A stretch of DNA of 55,351 bases, counting the filler, from Perkinsus olseni (taxonomy: Eukaryota), in NCBI GenBank assembly GCA_013115125.1. It is 2 parts of 2 records of this genome, joined end to end, with 100 filler letters (N's around TTAATTAATTAA, not from the genome) between each part and the next. Parts side by side here need not be neighbours in the genome. Positions count along the whole stretch, not along the records: positions 1 to 27,687 come from JABANN010000461.1; 1 more part is not named here. One strand, given 5' to 3'. The position numbers and the translations under genes are program-made. The notes below the pieces were generated by a model. It ran no database searches and was not told the DNA's origin. It was given only the letters and a program-made list of their open reading frames with translations. Position 1 is the first letter of the stretch. Every line of letters begins with the position of its first letter. This document shows, piece by piece, positions 1 to 13,793 of this stretch.

Positions 1-314
1 GGCGAGCGACACAATAGATGCCCTGGCGGGCGAGACTCACTACTGGCTAGGTACTACCGTATGCAAGCCACAGAGGATGGGGACTACGGGGGTTACGGTC
101 AGTACTCCACTAGGTCTTTTTTCCTTTCGTTTTTCTCCTTCTTTAGATTTTCGCCCCTTCGCTTAGATTTTAACCGTCTACCGGCACGCACAACGTCAGT
201 AGCATCTTGCACTCTTGCTTCCCCTTGCTTATCCTTAACGCTCCAATCCTGACGACGAGGGTTGAGAACGACCTTCGTAGTCTGACTTAGATTATTGAAC
301 CCGAACTCATTATA

Positions 315-2588
315 ATGATGAAGATAAGAAGCAAACTAGCAATAATGAGTCGACAACGAGAGAGGTTGGCAATATTACTAACAAGGCAATCTCATACCAT
401 CACAACAACGACAGCCTTCGATAAGGAGGGAATGCCGCCGCCCCTGTCATCATCATCATCAGCTGATGATGATGATGATATTAACGAGGATTATGGCAAG
501 GTTAAATACAAAAGAATGATGGATATAGCGTTGAGTAGGGAAGAAGTGATGATAGAAGGAGAGTTGTTGACTAGGTTAAAGAGAGAGGTAGTAGTACTCA
601 GTGTCCCTAGTGATGACGACATTATTATTATCATAACATTAGATTGCTCAGTGTATCACCACCATACCGGGATATCGATTAACTAAATTATTGTATGCAC
701 ACTGTAAAGTAGCCAATAGAAAGGGGCAACAACAGCAACAAGAAGAAGGAGAGACACTAGCAGGACATGACAATAACAGGTAAAGGTTATTATGACAGTG
801 GTGTGGCATTGGCATCGTTACTATTCAGAACGAAGACTGCCCTCAACTCTACTCCTAGCATTGGTAATGATGGTGATGATGAGCACCGACATGGAGGGGG
901 TTCTTTATTATTATGGAATAATAATGATGTACGATATTATAAGTTCATAGTAAGTGAGATAATAAGAAGATTAAAGGAGATACCAAAGCAATATTTGGTA
1001 TCATTATTAGAGGTAGTATTATTATTACCAATACTAGTACTGTCCTTCCCATCAACAGCAATACACCGTAATATACTATCAGGTCTTAGTTGATACAAAT
1101 AATAGTCGCGTGTTGCCCAGATCAAATGGAGAGGAGGAAGATGCGATAATAATCGTAATATCGTGATCATCAATACTCGAGAAATGTCCGTATTACTGCT
1201 AATGAGCTTGTTATTCCTCCCTTGTTACACCGACAAAGTATTGTCGGCGTTAGGTGTTGAAGGAAGCCATCAAAAGTATGAACTATAGACAGACCTCACA
1301 CTCATTGTATACATTAGGGAAGATATTGGCTGTAATAATAATAACATGAATTATCATATTATCAACTGATAATGACAATAATAATCAATCAGACTAATGA
1401 TAATCTCACATCAACATTGAGCAAAGAAGATATGGAACATATTAATACAGTATTGAAGAAGAAAGCATATGCTTATAATAATGCATCTAATTTGTTGTAT
1501 GCTGGTTATTGGTATGCTATGATAACAATCCCCACGAAAGGAGGAGGAGGAGGAGATAGCATCAATACATCATTGATGTCATTAGGGACATTATCGACTT
1601 GGTTAAATAGGATAATCATTCAACTTGGTATCGACGTCCGCAATGATACTACTAATATCATCATCACCAGCAGCAGCAGCAGCAGTAGTAGTAGTGGCAG
1701 GGCTCATGATGATGTTACTCTTGGTAAACGTATAACGAGAGACGCCCTAATGTTGAGGTAATATCATCAGTGTTGTTGTTGATGATAAGAGCTATCATCA
1801 TCATCATCATCATCATCAACATCATCATCATCATCCTTGTTATTTAGTTACGTTTACCATCGTATATTATTGGATAATCCACAGTACTTACAGTTGCTCT
1901 CTCATGATATTCAATCTTTTTTACAACAATTCAATCATAACAGCATGAAGAGTAAAGAAATGATGGTTAGCATCATCATCGCTCATCATCATGAAGAGGA
2001 AGAGCGTCATCATCATCATCATGAAGACAGTATTATTACCATATCTAATAGATATGCTCATGGTAATGATGATCATCGTAGCAACAGCTGCAGGAATATC
2101 ATCCTCATACGTCATCTCAGCTAATCATCCCAATGATCATCCTCTGCCCGGACAGAGCTCCTTCTTCTCCAATTTTATACTACGTAAAATGAGAGACAAT
2201 AACAACCATCGGTGCGGTGGTGGTGATGATGATGCCCAACTGTTTCATCATCTGAGGGGAATATTTGTAATGCATATCATCATCACCACACCCTCGACTA
2301 CTGCGAGGAGTGTTCTTGCCAGCAGGTTGGGCCTGTATTCATACGATTAGCAGACCCATTAAGGAAGGTTGGACTGGTATGGGAGGAGCCACATCTACTA
2401 GAGGTAGTACTAACCATACTGCTATCAACAACAACAATAACAACAGTGTCAATGATAATTATCAGGCTGGGTATCGGGAAAAAGAATGTAGATATTATGA
2501 TACACTCAATAAGAGAATACTGAAGTATTATGATTGGAAATATATAACACTACATTACAAAGAAGGTGAATATGATGATAACAACACC

Positions 2589-2646
<58 letters not shown>

Positions 2647-2669
2647 GCACTGTGATGTTCTCATCATAA
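315..2669 (+). CDS. Multi-exon protein with a divergent C-terminal RAP-like domain (putative organellar RNA-binding protein); boundaries approximate
   Basis: Chain of + ORFs split by GT..AG introns. Exon from 2326 reads VGPVFIRLADPLRKVGLVWEEPHLLE and the next exon YREKECRYYDTLNKRILKYYDWKYITLHYKE, resembling the RAP pattern (GP..ID.A.P..K.AIE.DGP.HF ... LK.RIL...GW....I.Y.EW). Confidence 0.4.
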
Positions 2670-2942
2670 GACTAGGTACTTTACCACATATAACGCCTTC
2701 TTTACTCACTCTACAATCTTCATCTTCATCCGTTGACTGTTACGATGACGATGAGGAAGTTTCCGTGGTATTGCCTCTTCTGTCATCAGTGGAAAGTTGT
2801 CGAGCACGACACCCGACAACTACTGATTCTGTTTCGACATGATAGAAGCAAGAATGTTGTTTCAGCACCCACTGGTGTTGTATTGTTATCGCCCCTACCC
2901 GTATGCTTGCAGTGTGATATTATTATCAGTATTATTATTAAT

Positions 2943-5398
2943 ATGGCAGACAACGAGACAACTGAAGATCGTAATGTTGGTAGTGATGCGGTACTTGTAT
3001 CATTGGCCATTTATGTTGGTATATTTGTCGTTGTTCTAATAATATTCACCCTGATACATAAGAATAATATGAAGTTATATAATCCACGAGAATGTATATT
3101 AGATTTGAGATCACCGTTAACATCACGTAAGATGCATCATCATCGTGCAAGATGGATAACGGATGCAATGATGTCCATAACCGATGATGATCTATATAAC
3201 TATTCTGGTCTAGATGCTGTATCATTCATTAGATTATTGAGATTAGGATATAAAGTAGCTATGATGGGAGTATTCAATTCCCTCTATTTAATACCTACAT
3301 ATAAGTATTGTGATGATAATATTACTACCAGCAACAACAGCAGCGGTAATATTGACGAACTAAGTACATGGAGTCTGGGTCATCTTATGCCCAATAGTCC
3401 TGGGTTATGGTCAGCTTTCGTAGCATCCTATATCATATTCATATGGACTATGTACCTCATATATAATGAGTTTCGATGGTATACTAATAGAAGACATCAT
3501 TATCTATCACGTAAAAGAGTCGATAACTATTCTATTTATTGCGGTGGTATACCAAAAGATATGCAATCAAATCAACAGTTGCGAAGATTCTTCAATAATA
3601 TCATCACGCCTGATGGAGTGGCTGATGTGAGAATAGGTCTCGAAATAAAGGATATCGAAGATGCTGTTGATGAAAGATATGCTATGGTATCGAAGCTTGA
3701 GCATGCCTATAATGTATTGAACTATAAAGGTGTCAGACCACAGCATAGGTTGAAGATATGTGGTAAAGAGAAGGTTGATAGTATTGATTATTACGAGGCT
3801 AAGATTAATGAATATAATACTAAAATATCAGCTGTTGTTGCTAAGGCTATTGAATATCAAGAGATGGCTCATGATGATAATCAAGAGGAGGGTGGTGGTG
3901 GTGGTATGATACTGTGTAAGAATGATGATGATGATGACAATGATGATGATAAGCAGAAGCAGAAGAAGAGTATCTTATCGGCACGTATTGTACATGGCAT
4001 ACTGGGTGGTGGTGATGATATTATTAGAGTTAGATCAGGTGCCTTCATAACATTCAATAATCTTAAATCATCGATGGCAGCTCGACAGATGGTACACTAC
4101 AAGATACCATTTGTTATGCGTACGGTTGGTGCACCAGCTACTAAAGATGTGTATTGGTCCAACGTCGGGATATCACATAGTAAACAGCAGATAGGATTAT
4201 TATTATCGATAGTCGCCACCATATGTTTATGTATATTCTGGACCATACCAGTAGCATTTGTTGCCTCTATATCAGAGGTTGATAATCTTAAAAAAGAGTT
4301 AACATTCTTAGCTGATGCATCCCAATCATGGTCAGGTTTAGATTTATTATTAAAACAGATATCTCCAATAGCATTAGCTGTTCTCAATGCATTACTATCG
4401 GTCTTCTTGATGATATTCTCCAAACAAGAAGGTCATATATCAAAAGCAACACTCGATGCATCATTATTCGCTAAGCTTGCATTATTCTTCATCATTCAAA
4501 CATTCTTCGTTAGTGCTATTGCTGGTAGTCTATTCACAAGCCTTCAACAACTAGCTGATATCCCTGCTGCTACCATCCGTGATATATTAGCGACTAACCT
4601 ACCACAACAAGCCAACTTCTTCATAGCATTTGTATTCGTACAAGTTGGTCTTGGACTGGCGTTGGAGATCATCAGATTAGTGCCATACATTATATCAGTT
4701 ATCAGATCATTCATTGGCCCTAATCTAACAGAGAAGGAGAGGAACACATCATGGTTGGGGTTGAGCCCACTCAGTGTCCCTGCTACTCTCGATCTACCTA
4801 AACTATTATCTGATGTTATGTTATTCTTTATGATATTATTCGTCTATTCAGTATTATCACCAATAGTAAGTCTGGTTATGTTATTCGCATTCTTATCAAT
4901 GAGTATTATATATACCCATCAATATGTTAGTGTATACGATCCAAGTAATGATACTGGTGGACAGATGTGGACTCGAGCTATGCGCTATGTACTCTTCTGT
5001 GTAGTCGTTGCTCAATTTACTATCATCGCGGTAATAGGCATAAAAGAGGGTAAGATAGTTGCACCTCTCATGGCACCACTATTCATAATAACCATATTAT
5101 TCTGGATTTACCTAGAGCAACAACATTTCACTGTTGCACAGTATTTACCATCACATACTGCTGCTCTCATAGATGATGTATATGATTATAATAATACTCA
5201 TACCACACCATCATCATGGAAGGGTTCTTATATGCAGGAGGCATTGAAGGTATCCCTACTGCTGCCTAGCAACATGACCGATGATGAGAAGTCACCATCT
5301 CGTAATGATGATGTTGAGGGGGGTGGTGGTGGTGGTGATGATGTTAGAAAAGATTCCAAGATATCGAAGCTATCAACTCCAAGGACTGAAGATGTCCC

Positions 5399-5402
<4 letters not shown>
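2943..5402 (+). CDS. OSCA/TMEM63 (CSC1/ERD4-like) mechanosensitive Ca2+-permeable channel, intronless
   Basis: Long uninterrupted ORF (track 2733-5402; probable ATG 2943, MADNETT) with family motifs GLDAVSFIRLL, GAFITF, APATKDVYWSN, FWTIPVAFV, LPQQANFFI, YDPSNDTGGQMW and about 11 hydrophobic segments. Confidence 0.9.
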
Positions 5403-5449
<47 letters not shown>

Positions 5450-5596
5450 GTTTATGCTGTAGGGGGACACAGCGATAATACTATCTCTAGATACAGCATC
5501 CATGTACTATTGCGTTAATATAGTTACTGTAATGCAACACTCCCATGCACAACAATAATACCAATCAATACTACCACATCATCATTAAGTCACTAT

Positions 5597-6282
5597 TCAA
5601 TTATGCCGTTTCCGCAACACAGGCGATGCATCATTATCATCTGCATCTTCTAATAAATGCGTAGTATCGTTTACAATAGTATCATCATCATATTGTAGTA
5701 AAGGGTGGGTATCAAACATATCACAACGTTCATATATCGATTCAGTCATAGCAGGTGGCATATAACTGAGCATGTACTCTTAGTGATGATGATGATGATG
5801 ATGATACTATCATCAATCTTACCTATTCACTGGTATGAGCCACATCAATCTATCATTACCAGCTATTTCAGTAAATGTATCAGTTAATGATGATACATGA
5901 CGTCCTCTCGTTCCTTTATACCTAGAATCAGGACAATTGTTATGAAGATGTTGATGGTTATTGTATTTACGTCTCTATTAGTGTTGTGTTCGTATCCAAA
6001 TTATCAATTTGATCTGATAGGAATTCAATACACGAGTACAATGCATATACACTTACAACACCAACAAGCACCTGATGATGATGATGATGAACATGATGAC
6101 CATGATCGACATTTGACGATGCAATGCATCCCTACCAGTAGTAACATTGGCTCAGACTCCTCCTGTACACTAACCGACGACGGTGATGATGATGATGATA
6201 TGATGGTGTTGTAGAGATATTTTAATACTACCATCCCTGCATGTAGTACATAAGTGATGCTGAAGATTACCGTCTGAGGAGT

Positions 6283-6328
<46 letters not shown>

Positions 6329-7040
6329 CTGTGCCTCGAATGATGGTCCGCAATGATGATAAACATATTGTTGTTACTTACATATGATAAGAATAATATG
6401 AATAACTTCTGATTCTTATATCCAACACAATTATTGATCCATACACAATGATGATCCATCCTAAATAATAATCATCTCTCCATAGTCATCATGTTCATGC
6501 TTTTATGACCTGTAAACACATCTTCGACATTCTCTACAATGATGGGCTCTGTAGGGCTTCCACGCTCCATCACATTTAATACATATATTATTATCAGCAG
6601 CAGCAGCAGGTGGTGTCATTGACATATCAACATACCCAGGGTCAGCCAATGATGATCTAATTATACGATCATGTTACTCAGGTCATCATCAATCACCATG
6701 ATGATGATATTATTACCGTATATGAGATAGTAATGCCATGGTCCCTGATAGTAATCTTATACATAATACTAAGGTTGTATCATAATAACATGAGTATGAT
6801 GAGTATGATGATGTATTATAGTAATAGAAGACAGCAATACCTTGGAACAGTAATATTGAACACCATACCTGAGGGTTATTCTAATATTATCATCTATACC
6901 ACAAGGTTAGCAATATTACCAATATAAGACATAATATTCCGCACACATGCTGTTGCCCCCCTATTTCTTGGTCAAAGCGCTCTGCTACCTCGTCTACTGT
7001 ATTATTATCGCCTTCCTTCAGACCATCATCAAAATACGCA
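5597..7040 (-). CDS. DHHC palmitoyl acyltransferase (multi-exon; 5' end approximate)
   Basis: Exons give [25 protein letters not shown], then [24 protein letters not shown], a TTxE-like motif (NTTLIE) and the C-terminal WLIP; candidate stop at 5597-5599. Confidence 0.88.
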
Positions 7041-7360
7041 TTCATCGTCATTCCAGTCTTCTAGCAGCAAGGGAGAGAAAACAAACGAGCATTATTATAG
7101 GTTGGAAACAGAGGGTCTCTCAACTGATGATGATCTACGCAGGTTCGATCCCAGGCGGAGTATTTTTCTGCATTTCCGCGGCCTCGACGTCTCGTCTCTC
7201 GCTGATGTCCTAAGGAGACTGCGATGATATCATCACCTCTGAGGTTCTGGAGCCCTCTGAGGATTGAACTATAACATGTGTGTAGATTCAACATGATCCT
7301 ATCCTCTGTGATAACTCATAGCATGCTGTCCCTCTGCAGTTGTCATTATTATCATACATC

Positions 7361-8011
7361 ATGAGCATCATCCCTTACCTCAGTCATCCCAATAACCGTA
7401 TCCTCCTTCATGTTCTACTATTGGCATTTAATGTTACTGCAGATGATAATGCTACTACTACTACTAGTGATGGTGTTAATATTACTACTACCACAACAAC
7501 CCCAACATCCCCTTCCATGATACCGTATTGTCCTGTTAATCATTGTATTGATACTTATTGGTTTACTCAGGATAATAACAATAACAGCTGCATCTACCCC
7601 CATCCACATGAATTGGGTCTATGCTGGGATGATTATTGCTCTACTAACGTGATACCCATCAATGAAACAAACTATTCTGGCAGTTATTGTAAGTCATGGC
7701 AGACTGAGGCCGGTAGGTTATGTTATGGTAATGATACTCTTACTTGTCAATGTTCTACTTTTAATATAACATCACCTATCATGGTCTACCCATTAGATAA
7801 TAGTACCACAACATCGATACCTGATGGGTATGCCCCTGGGGTTATTTGTGAGTATCCTACTACTACCACTACATCAACCACCACCCTACCTACTCCCCCT
7901 CCTTTTGATCAAGATACTCCTAATACCGCCAACTACCTTAGCCACAATGTAGGTATGATGGCTGTTCTCATCGTCGTTGGGTTGTCATATCATATATTAG
8001 ATCACCAATGA
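7361..8011 (+). CDS. Putative secreted/GPI-anchored Cys-rich protein with Thr-rich mucin-like linkers
   Basis: Single ORF with a hydrophobic N-terminus (ILLHVLLLAFNVTA), poly-Thr tracts, a central Cys-rich domain, several N-x-S/T sites and a hydrophobic C-terminal tail (VGMMAVLIVVGLSY). Confidence 0.6.
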   Translation: MSIIPYLSHPNNRILLHVLLLAFNVTADDNATTTTSDGVNITTTTTTPTSPSMIPYCPVNHCIDTYWFTQDNNNNSCIYPHPHELGLCWDDYCSTNVIPINETNYSGSYCKSWQTEAGRLCYGNDTLTCQCSTFNITSPIMVYPLDNSTTTSIPDGYAPGVICEYPTTTTTSTTTLPTPPPFDQDTPNTANYLSHNVGMMAVLIVVGLSYHILDHQ

Positions 8012-8329
8012 CCAGCTGCTGTCTTTTGGAAATATTTTTGTTGTCTACTACTCTCTTGTCTCGCTGTTGTTAGTATGATCATACTCAATGAATAGTAACA
8101 GTTACTATTATTATATTGATAACAGTAGTACCCTTCAGGTATATAAGGGCTACTATTATCATTGATCTCCTTACTCTATTATTGCTATGTTACTTCTTCT
8201 ATTGTCGTATCATCAGTGATATTCATAATTAGCATTGTAGTTTGTACTACTATCTCGTGTAGGGTTGGTATCTTCTGATCTGCTGGTATCTTCACTCGTA
8301 GCATTGTCCCTCTCCTGATTCCCTCAAAG

Positions 8330-9293
8330 ATGAAGTTTGCCGCAGGAACAGTAGACAACGAAGACAATTCTAATAAACTCAACAAGAAGAAGTCATTAGC
8401 TGGCAAGGGATTGAACGCGAGTTTACTCAAAATGGAGAAGATAAGAAGTAAATTCTCGAGCATTGTAGAATGAGTATCATATCGTAGTACATCAGGCATC
8501 ATGCAGATCTTCAAGAAATATCTATACCGTAGAAGTGTTGGTGCTGATGAGATCACTCGAGAGCAGGTCAGTAATCAGGGCTCTTAATCATTCTGCTTAC
8601 AACTTCATGCTACATTCAGGGTTTATTGGCATTAAAGGATCTCGGCTTATTGGGATTATCTTCAGCAGAAGTAGATTCAGTGTTCGCCAAAGCTGGGAAG
8701 AATGGGGGTGGAAATAATAATAATGCGCTATCCATTAAGATGTTCATGCCATTCGCGGGTATTCATATTGTATTGAATAAGGTGAGGATATTATATATAC
8801 AATCGTCATGAGCATTAGTGTAATCTCAGATGCATTGGCCGAGTGATGATGATCTTCCTGATGATCTTCATGAAATTCAAGATGTAAGATTCACCGTTAA
8901 TTGATTGGTAATAAGCATCTTGTGCATCCTCCTGATGATCAGGGTCTAATGGAAGTAGTATTAATATTCCGCCAAATAGATTCTGATGATTCGGGTGAGA
9001 TCGATACATCAGAGCTCAAGACAGCTCTGTGTAGTACCGCTGGTATGCAACATAATGATCTGGCTGATGTAACAACAACAGCAGCCGCCATGACCATCAT
9101 GATCAGGAAAACACCAATTATCAGGCACGATTCGCTGAGATGGACGTCGACGCCGATAAGACTGTATCAGTTAGTGAGTTCGTGCGGTAGGTGTTGATAA
9201 GGTTCCTGCACACTATTGTAATGTCAATCACCGCCTCAGAGCCTTCTTATTGTGGTCTGGCGCATTTGAAGATGAGGACGACGAAGACGAAGA

Positions 9294-9297
<4 letters not shown>
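8330..9297 (+). CDS. EF-hand calcium-binding protein (multi-exon)
   Basis: Exons encode FRQIDSDDSGEIDTSELKTAL and RFAEMDVDADKTVSVSEF (two EF loops), ending AFLLWSGAFEDEDDEDEE* at 9297. Confidence 0.75.
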
Positions 9298-9349
<52 letters not shown>

Positions 9350-9619
9350 AGTTATGATAATGACTAGCGTCGGTATATATCAATATATGGTTATGATCTT
9401 TGTTTTGATATTCTAACCGACTGATGTTTTTACTAATCTAATTGCCTCGATTTATCATGACAACTGAACAACCTAGGGGTTGAGTAATTAGTGGTGGTCA
9501 TCGTCACTCTTATCACATCATCAGAATTCAACCCAACCGCGTCATCCAACATCATACCTTCTCGGTAATAATGGTTTTCATGTCACCATCATCAACAACA
9601 ACCCATCTTCATCATTCAA

Positions 9620-10664
9620 TAATACCATGGAATCCTCACCACAGTAAGCCAGCTGCTCCTTGTTAATCATCATCTTGTCAAGTTGTAAGTTACTAACATT
9701 GCGAGATGTACTATTTGTTATGGTAGGATTTAACACTCTTGAAGGATACGATACCATCAGTCACTATCTATCACAACAGCATCTAACATCATCAACTCCT
9801 ACCACAACATGTTGGCTGAAGTAATGAAATCATGTATGACAACTGTGTGATGATACTCATCGTCATTAGACATCACTCAGTGAGGAACCCATGGCTGTAC
9901 ATGTCAAAGGGGCCCAGTAATGGCCATTCACGACTTGCTTATACCGATATCGGTGATAAATTATTCATCAGTAGGAGCTAGCTGTATAAACAGTGACCAT
10001 CGACTGCCCAGATACCGATAGTAACTGTCGTGAACGTGATGCTATTTATCATGAACAACTTCTCCATCCAGCCATGGTGATTATCAACCCTTCCTCGGGA
10101 GTATCGTCATGATGTCTCTAGGTGTTTAGAAAAGATGTAGCGCGTTTACACGTTAACCTATTGGATGTAACTAATAAGGCTAATCCAAAGTTACTGTGGG
10201 TAACCATGAGGCATCATGAGTTACTGCGGATGAGCAATAAGACGCCTAGTAGGACGCGGAATATCGAGGCCCATCAGCATCGGGCCCATTGAAGTTGGGA
10301 CACAAAGAGGAGGCCCTCGCTGGTATACAGCCAAATATGATCAGACCTTGTTTACCACGAGGTCATCAGCATCTACGCCAGTCGGAGTATTATCGATTGT
10401 ATATGAGTATCGTGATGATAATGCGGTTATTAGATTTCTTCTCACTATTGAAGGAGAGAAGGATCCATCATGGCCAATGGCATTCCCTTTCAAGGAGACT
10501 TACGTACTCAAATCTCGTCCAATGTGTGATTATGTGAGTTACTGTTACATGATGATGATACTCATACTGAAGTACTCTAGGTCCTTCACGAGTCGGAGAG
10601 CGCCCCCACGCATTATCCCACCACTGGATGGAGATCTCTGACCGCTGCTATTAATCGTCAATAA
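9620..10664 (+). CDS. Hypothetical multi-exon protein; boundaries uncertain
   Basis: Several AG..GT-bounded open segments (VRNPWLYMSKGPSNG, VFRKDVARLHVNLL, VGRGISRPISIGP...KSRPMCDY); no recognisable domain. Confidence 0.35.
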
Positions 10665-10806
10665 GTGTGTAATTATCATGATTTTGTTCGATGAGAATTA
10701 TTTAATGTTCGGGTTGAAGTCGGGAGAGTAACTGTAAACTCAACTTACGGTGTATTACAAGAAATATGTGTCCTCTCCAAGCATGTCATGTTCATTATCA
10801 TAATAA

Positions 10807-13078
10807 CTATTTCGACGTTATACTATTGGACTTGGCATCAAGATCATCTCTTCTACGTTGATCGTGGTACCTGGATGATAATACCAGTCTAGGCTGATGC
10901 TGATGCTGCTGTTGTTGTTGTTTACATCTCCTTAGCCTCCGCTAGTTGGTGATATAATAATTTAATCTCGTCTTGGAGCTCGTTAACATTAGCGTAACTC
11001 ATATTTAGTTCAGCTGCCACCGACTTCATGCACTTGGTTTTTCTAGCAAGTTCCTGAAGGGAAATAGAAATCTTCATGAATACATTACCACAGATGTTTA
11101 TTACCCTTTGAAGGTCGGTCGCCTCCTGAGCCTGGTCCACTGTTGTCCACATCCCAAGATCACCATCCTCTCTACTTCCCTCCTTCACGTCATCAGAATC
11201 ATCCAACAGAATGAGTTTGTGTAGTTGTAGCTTATGTTGTTCTTTCTCCTACATGAATCATCATTGTGATGTATTCTCTCTATCAATATTGCATTCTACC
11301 TGTAGTACCAAATCACAGTCCACCAGTTCTTCACACTTTTTGATCAGCCTCCGCTGCAACTCACTAATCTTATCTTCTAGTTCAACGCTGATAATAATTT
11401 ACTATGATGTCTCATCATGACCAAGACCTTACGAGTTGAGATCAGTGCCAGCCAACCTACGCCATCTGTGTGTATTTTCTGGATTCTCCAGTTCTTCAAT
11501 TAATGCCTATTCATGATAATACATCATCATCATCAACAGCAGCAGCGTCGACAGCCACTGATCACCTTGGCTTTGGTCCTCTCCGTCACCAACTCTCGTT
11601 GGAGTTTTAATATTTCTTTTCGTAATAGTGTTTCTAATTGGTAAGGAGTGAATCCCCTACTTCATGAATAATCGATGATGATGTAGTAATTTACGTTCTT
11701 TAATAACGCTCCTAGCTTTGATGATATCTCCTTTAATAGATTCCAACATCACACTCATACTTCTACCTGAGATCAGGGCAACCCTGAGCCTATGATGAAG
11801 ATGATGATGTCGCATGAACAGCGCGCTCACTCTCATCTTCCCTTCTATTAGATTCTATATTTCCCTGGTCAATTGTATTATCTTGGACTCTCAACTTCTC
11901 ATACCTAATCATTAATAACTTTTGATGATACCCATCCCTAATAATATCATTACAATAAAGCTAACTCATCATTTCTTCTAACAAGGTTCGCTCCCAACAC
12001 GTCTCTCTCGGCTACTAGTGTCGTATACTTCCTCTTCATCAATTCTTTATTTTCCTCCACCTTCTTCATCTCATCTATTCAAAAGCAGCAGCAGCTGCGT
12101 CGAGTATTATCGTTGCTATTGTCAACATTATCACTCTCCAATTCCTTCACTCGACCCCTGCTCCCCTCTACATGCTTTTCATGCTCCTTCTGTTCTCTTC
12201 TTATCTTTGTTAGCTCATCTCGTGTACTGAAACCATCATGTTGATGATGGCGTGTGCATAATAATGAGAGCTCGGTGGTGGTGATTATTATGACCTAGCG
12301 GCACTCTTCGATATCCTATTATATTGATAACACTCCTTCATTATCGCTTCATCCTTTGCCTTAACATCCTCTTCTAATTCTTCTATTTCATGATGCCTAA
12401 ATTATCATCATACATTTGGGTAACAAAGATACTTTTCTTTACTACATGAGTTTTAGTTTACGTTTAAGTGAAGATATTTCATCCTCAGAATCTCTCAACT
12501 TCTTACAGCATTCATTCCTGTATACATGACGATCATCATCATCATCATTGAGCTCCATACCACAACAACAACAACAATTCACCTTTCAGCTCTTGCATCA
12601 TCGTATAATCCTTTTTGTATACTCAATCTCGTATTATCCTCATCAATTATTTTACCAGCTTCAGTAACTCTGTTATCCCTGAATCAGCACCATTAATATT
12701 AGATACATCTTGTCATCTACTTATCTGCATTCTACCACTACTACCTAATCTTCACCTCTTCCATCCCCCTCATACATTTACTATATGCTGTTGATAGATC
12801 TAGACCGAATGACTCTGAAGATAGTGAGTTGGTCACCATGATGATGATGACTAATGAGTATTACCTCGCTGCTTGATGAGAGTTTGTATCTTGCTGTTAA
12901 TATCATCAACTTCCCTCTTGATATCATCAATCTCGTATTGAAGACCATCCTTCATCCTCTCTATACGTCTCATCTCTTCAGATTCCCTCTCCCCTTTATA
13001 ATGTATCTTCACTAATGATCTATTTAGTACATCTCTATCACCCATCAACTCATCCACCTAAATACCACCACACCAAGT

Positions 13079-13111
<33 letters not shown>

Positions 13112-13392
13112 CATAGTACTACTAGTACTACTACTACCCTACCATGGATACATCATCATTGCTCAACTTCCTTATCGTTTTGATAGTATTCAATATTTCC
13201 AGTACCCGTGATGTGATCCTAATCATCAGAGTAACAATGAATAACGATGATGTTGCACGATGTTTGTGTTTATTGCTGTATTATAGGCATTATTATTACT
13301 TTTCCTTATCATCCTTCAGGATCTTTTTATTCTCATCATTCTTTATTTTGACGAGCTTGAGATTAGCTATGTCATTCTCCATCTTGCCCTAT

Positions 13393-13423
<31 letters not shown>

Positions 13424-13758
13424 AAGAATGTATACCCCATCTTGTAGTCATTTTCACAGCGTCATGATGCTGATGTTGATGATGATGGGTTTTATTATTA
13501 TTACTCTATCATGATTAGCAATATTGAGTGTATTCCTTGTGGTACATATAATATTCTCTATCCCTTTACAGTCATCCTCAGCCTTAATTCTGCCCTCTGT
13601 GTCCTACCAACCATTACTAACACTATTATCGTCATCGTTATCATATTACTTTTATAAAGACTTCTTTTAACATATTTAACTCATCTTTGGTCTCTTCATT
13701 AGTTGCCATGATCTTTTCATGTAATCTCCTATCTTCTCTCAATTCTTGTTCTATTCTG

Positions 13759-13793
<35 letters not shown>

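Noticed and set aside
2506..2709. Poly-Cys ORF, and similar poly-Met/His/Leu ORFs across the left half
   Set aside because: Off-frame or antisense translations of trinucleotide microsatellites.
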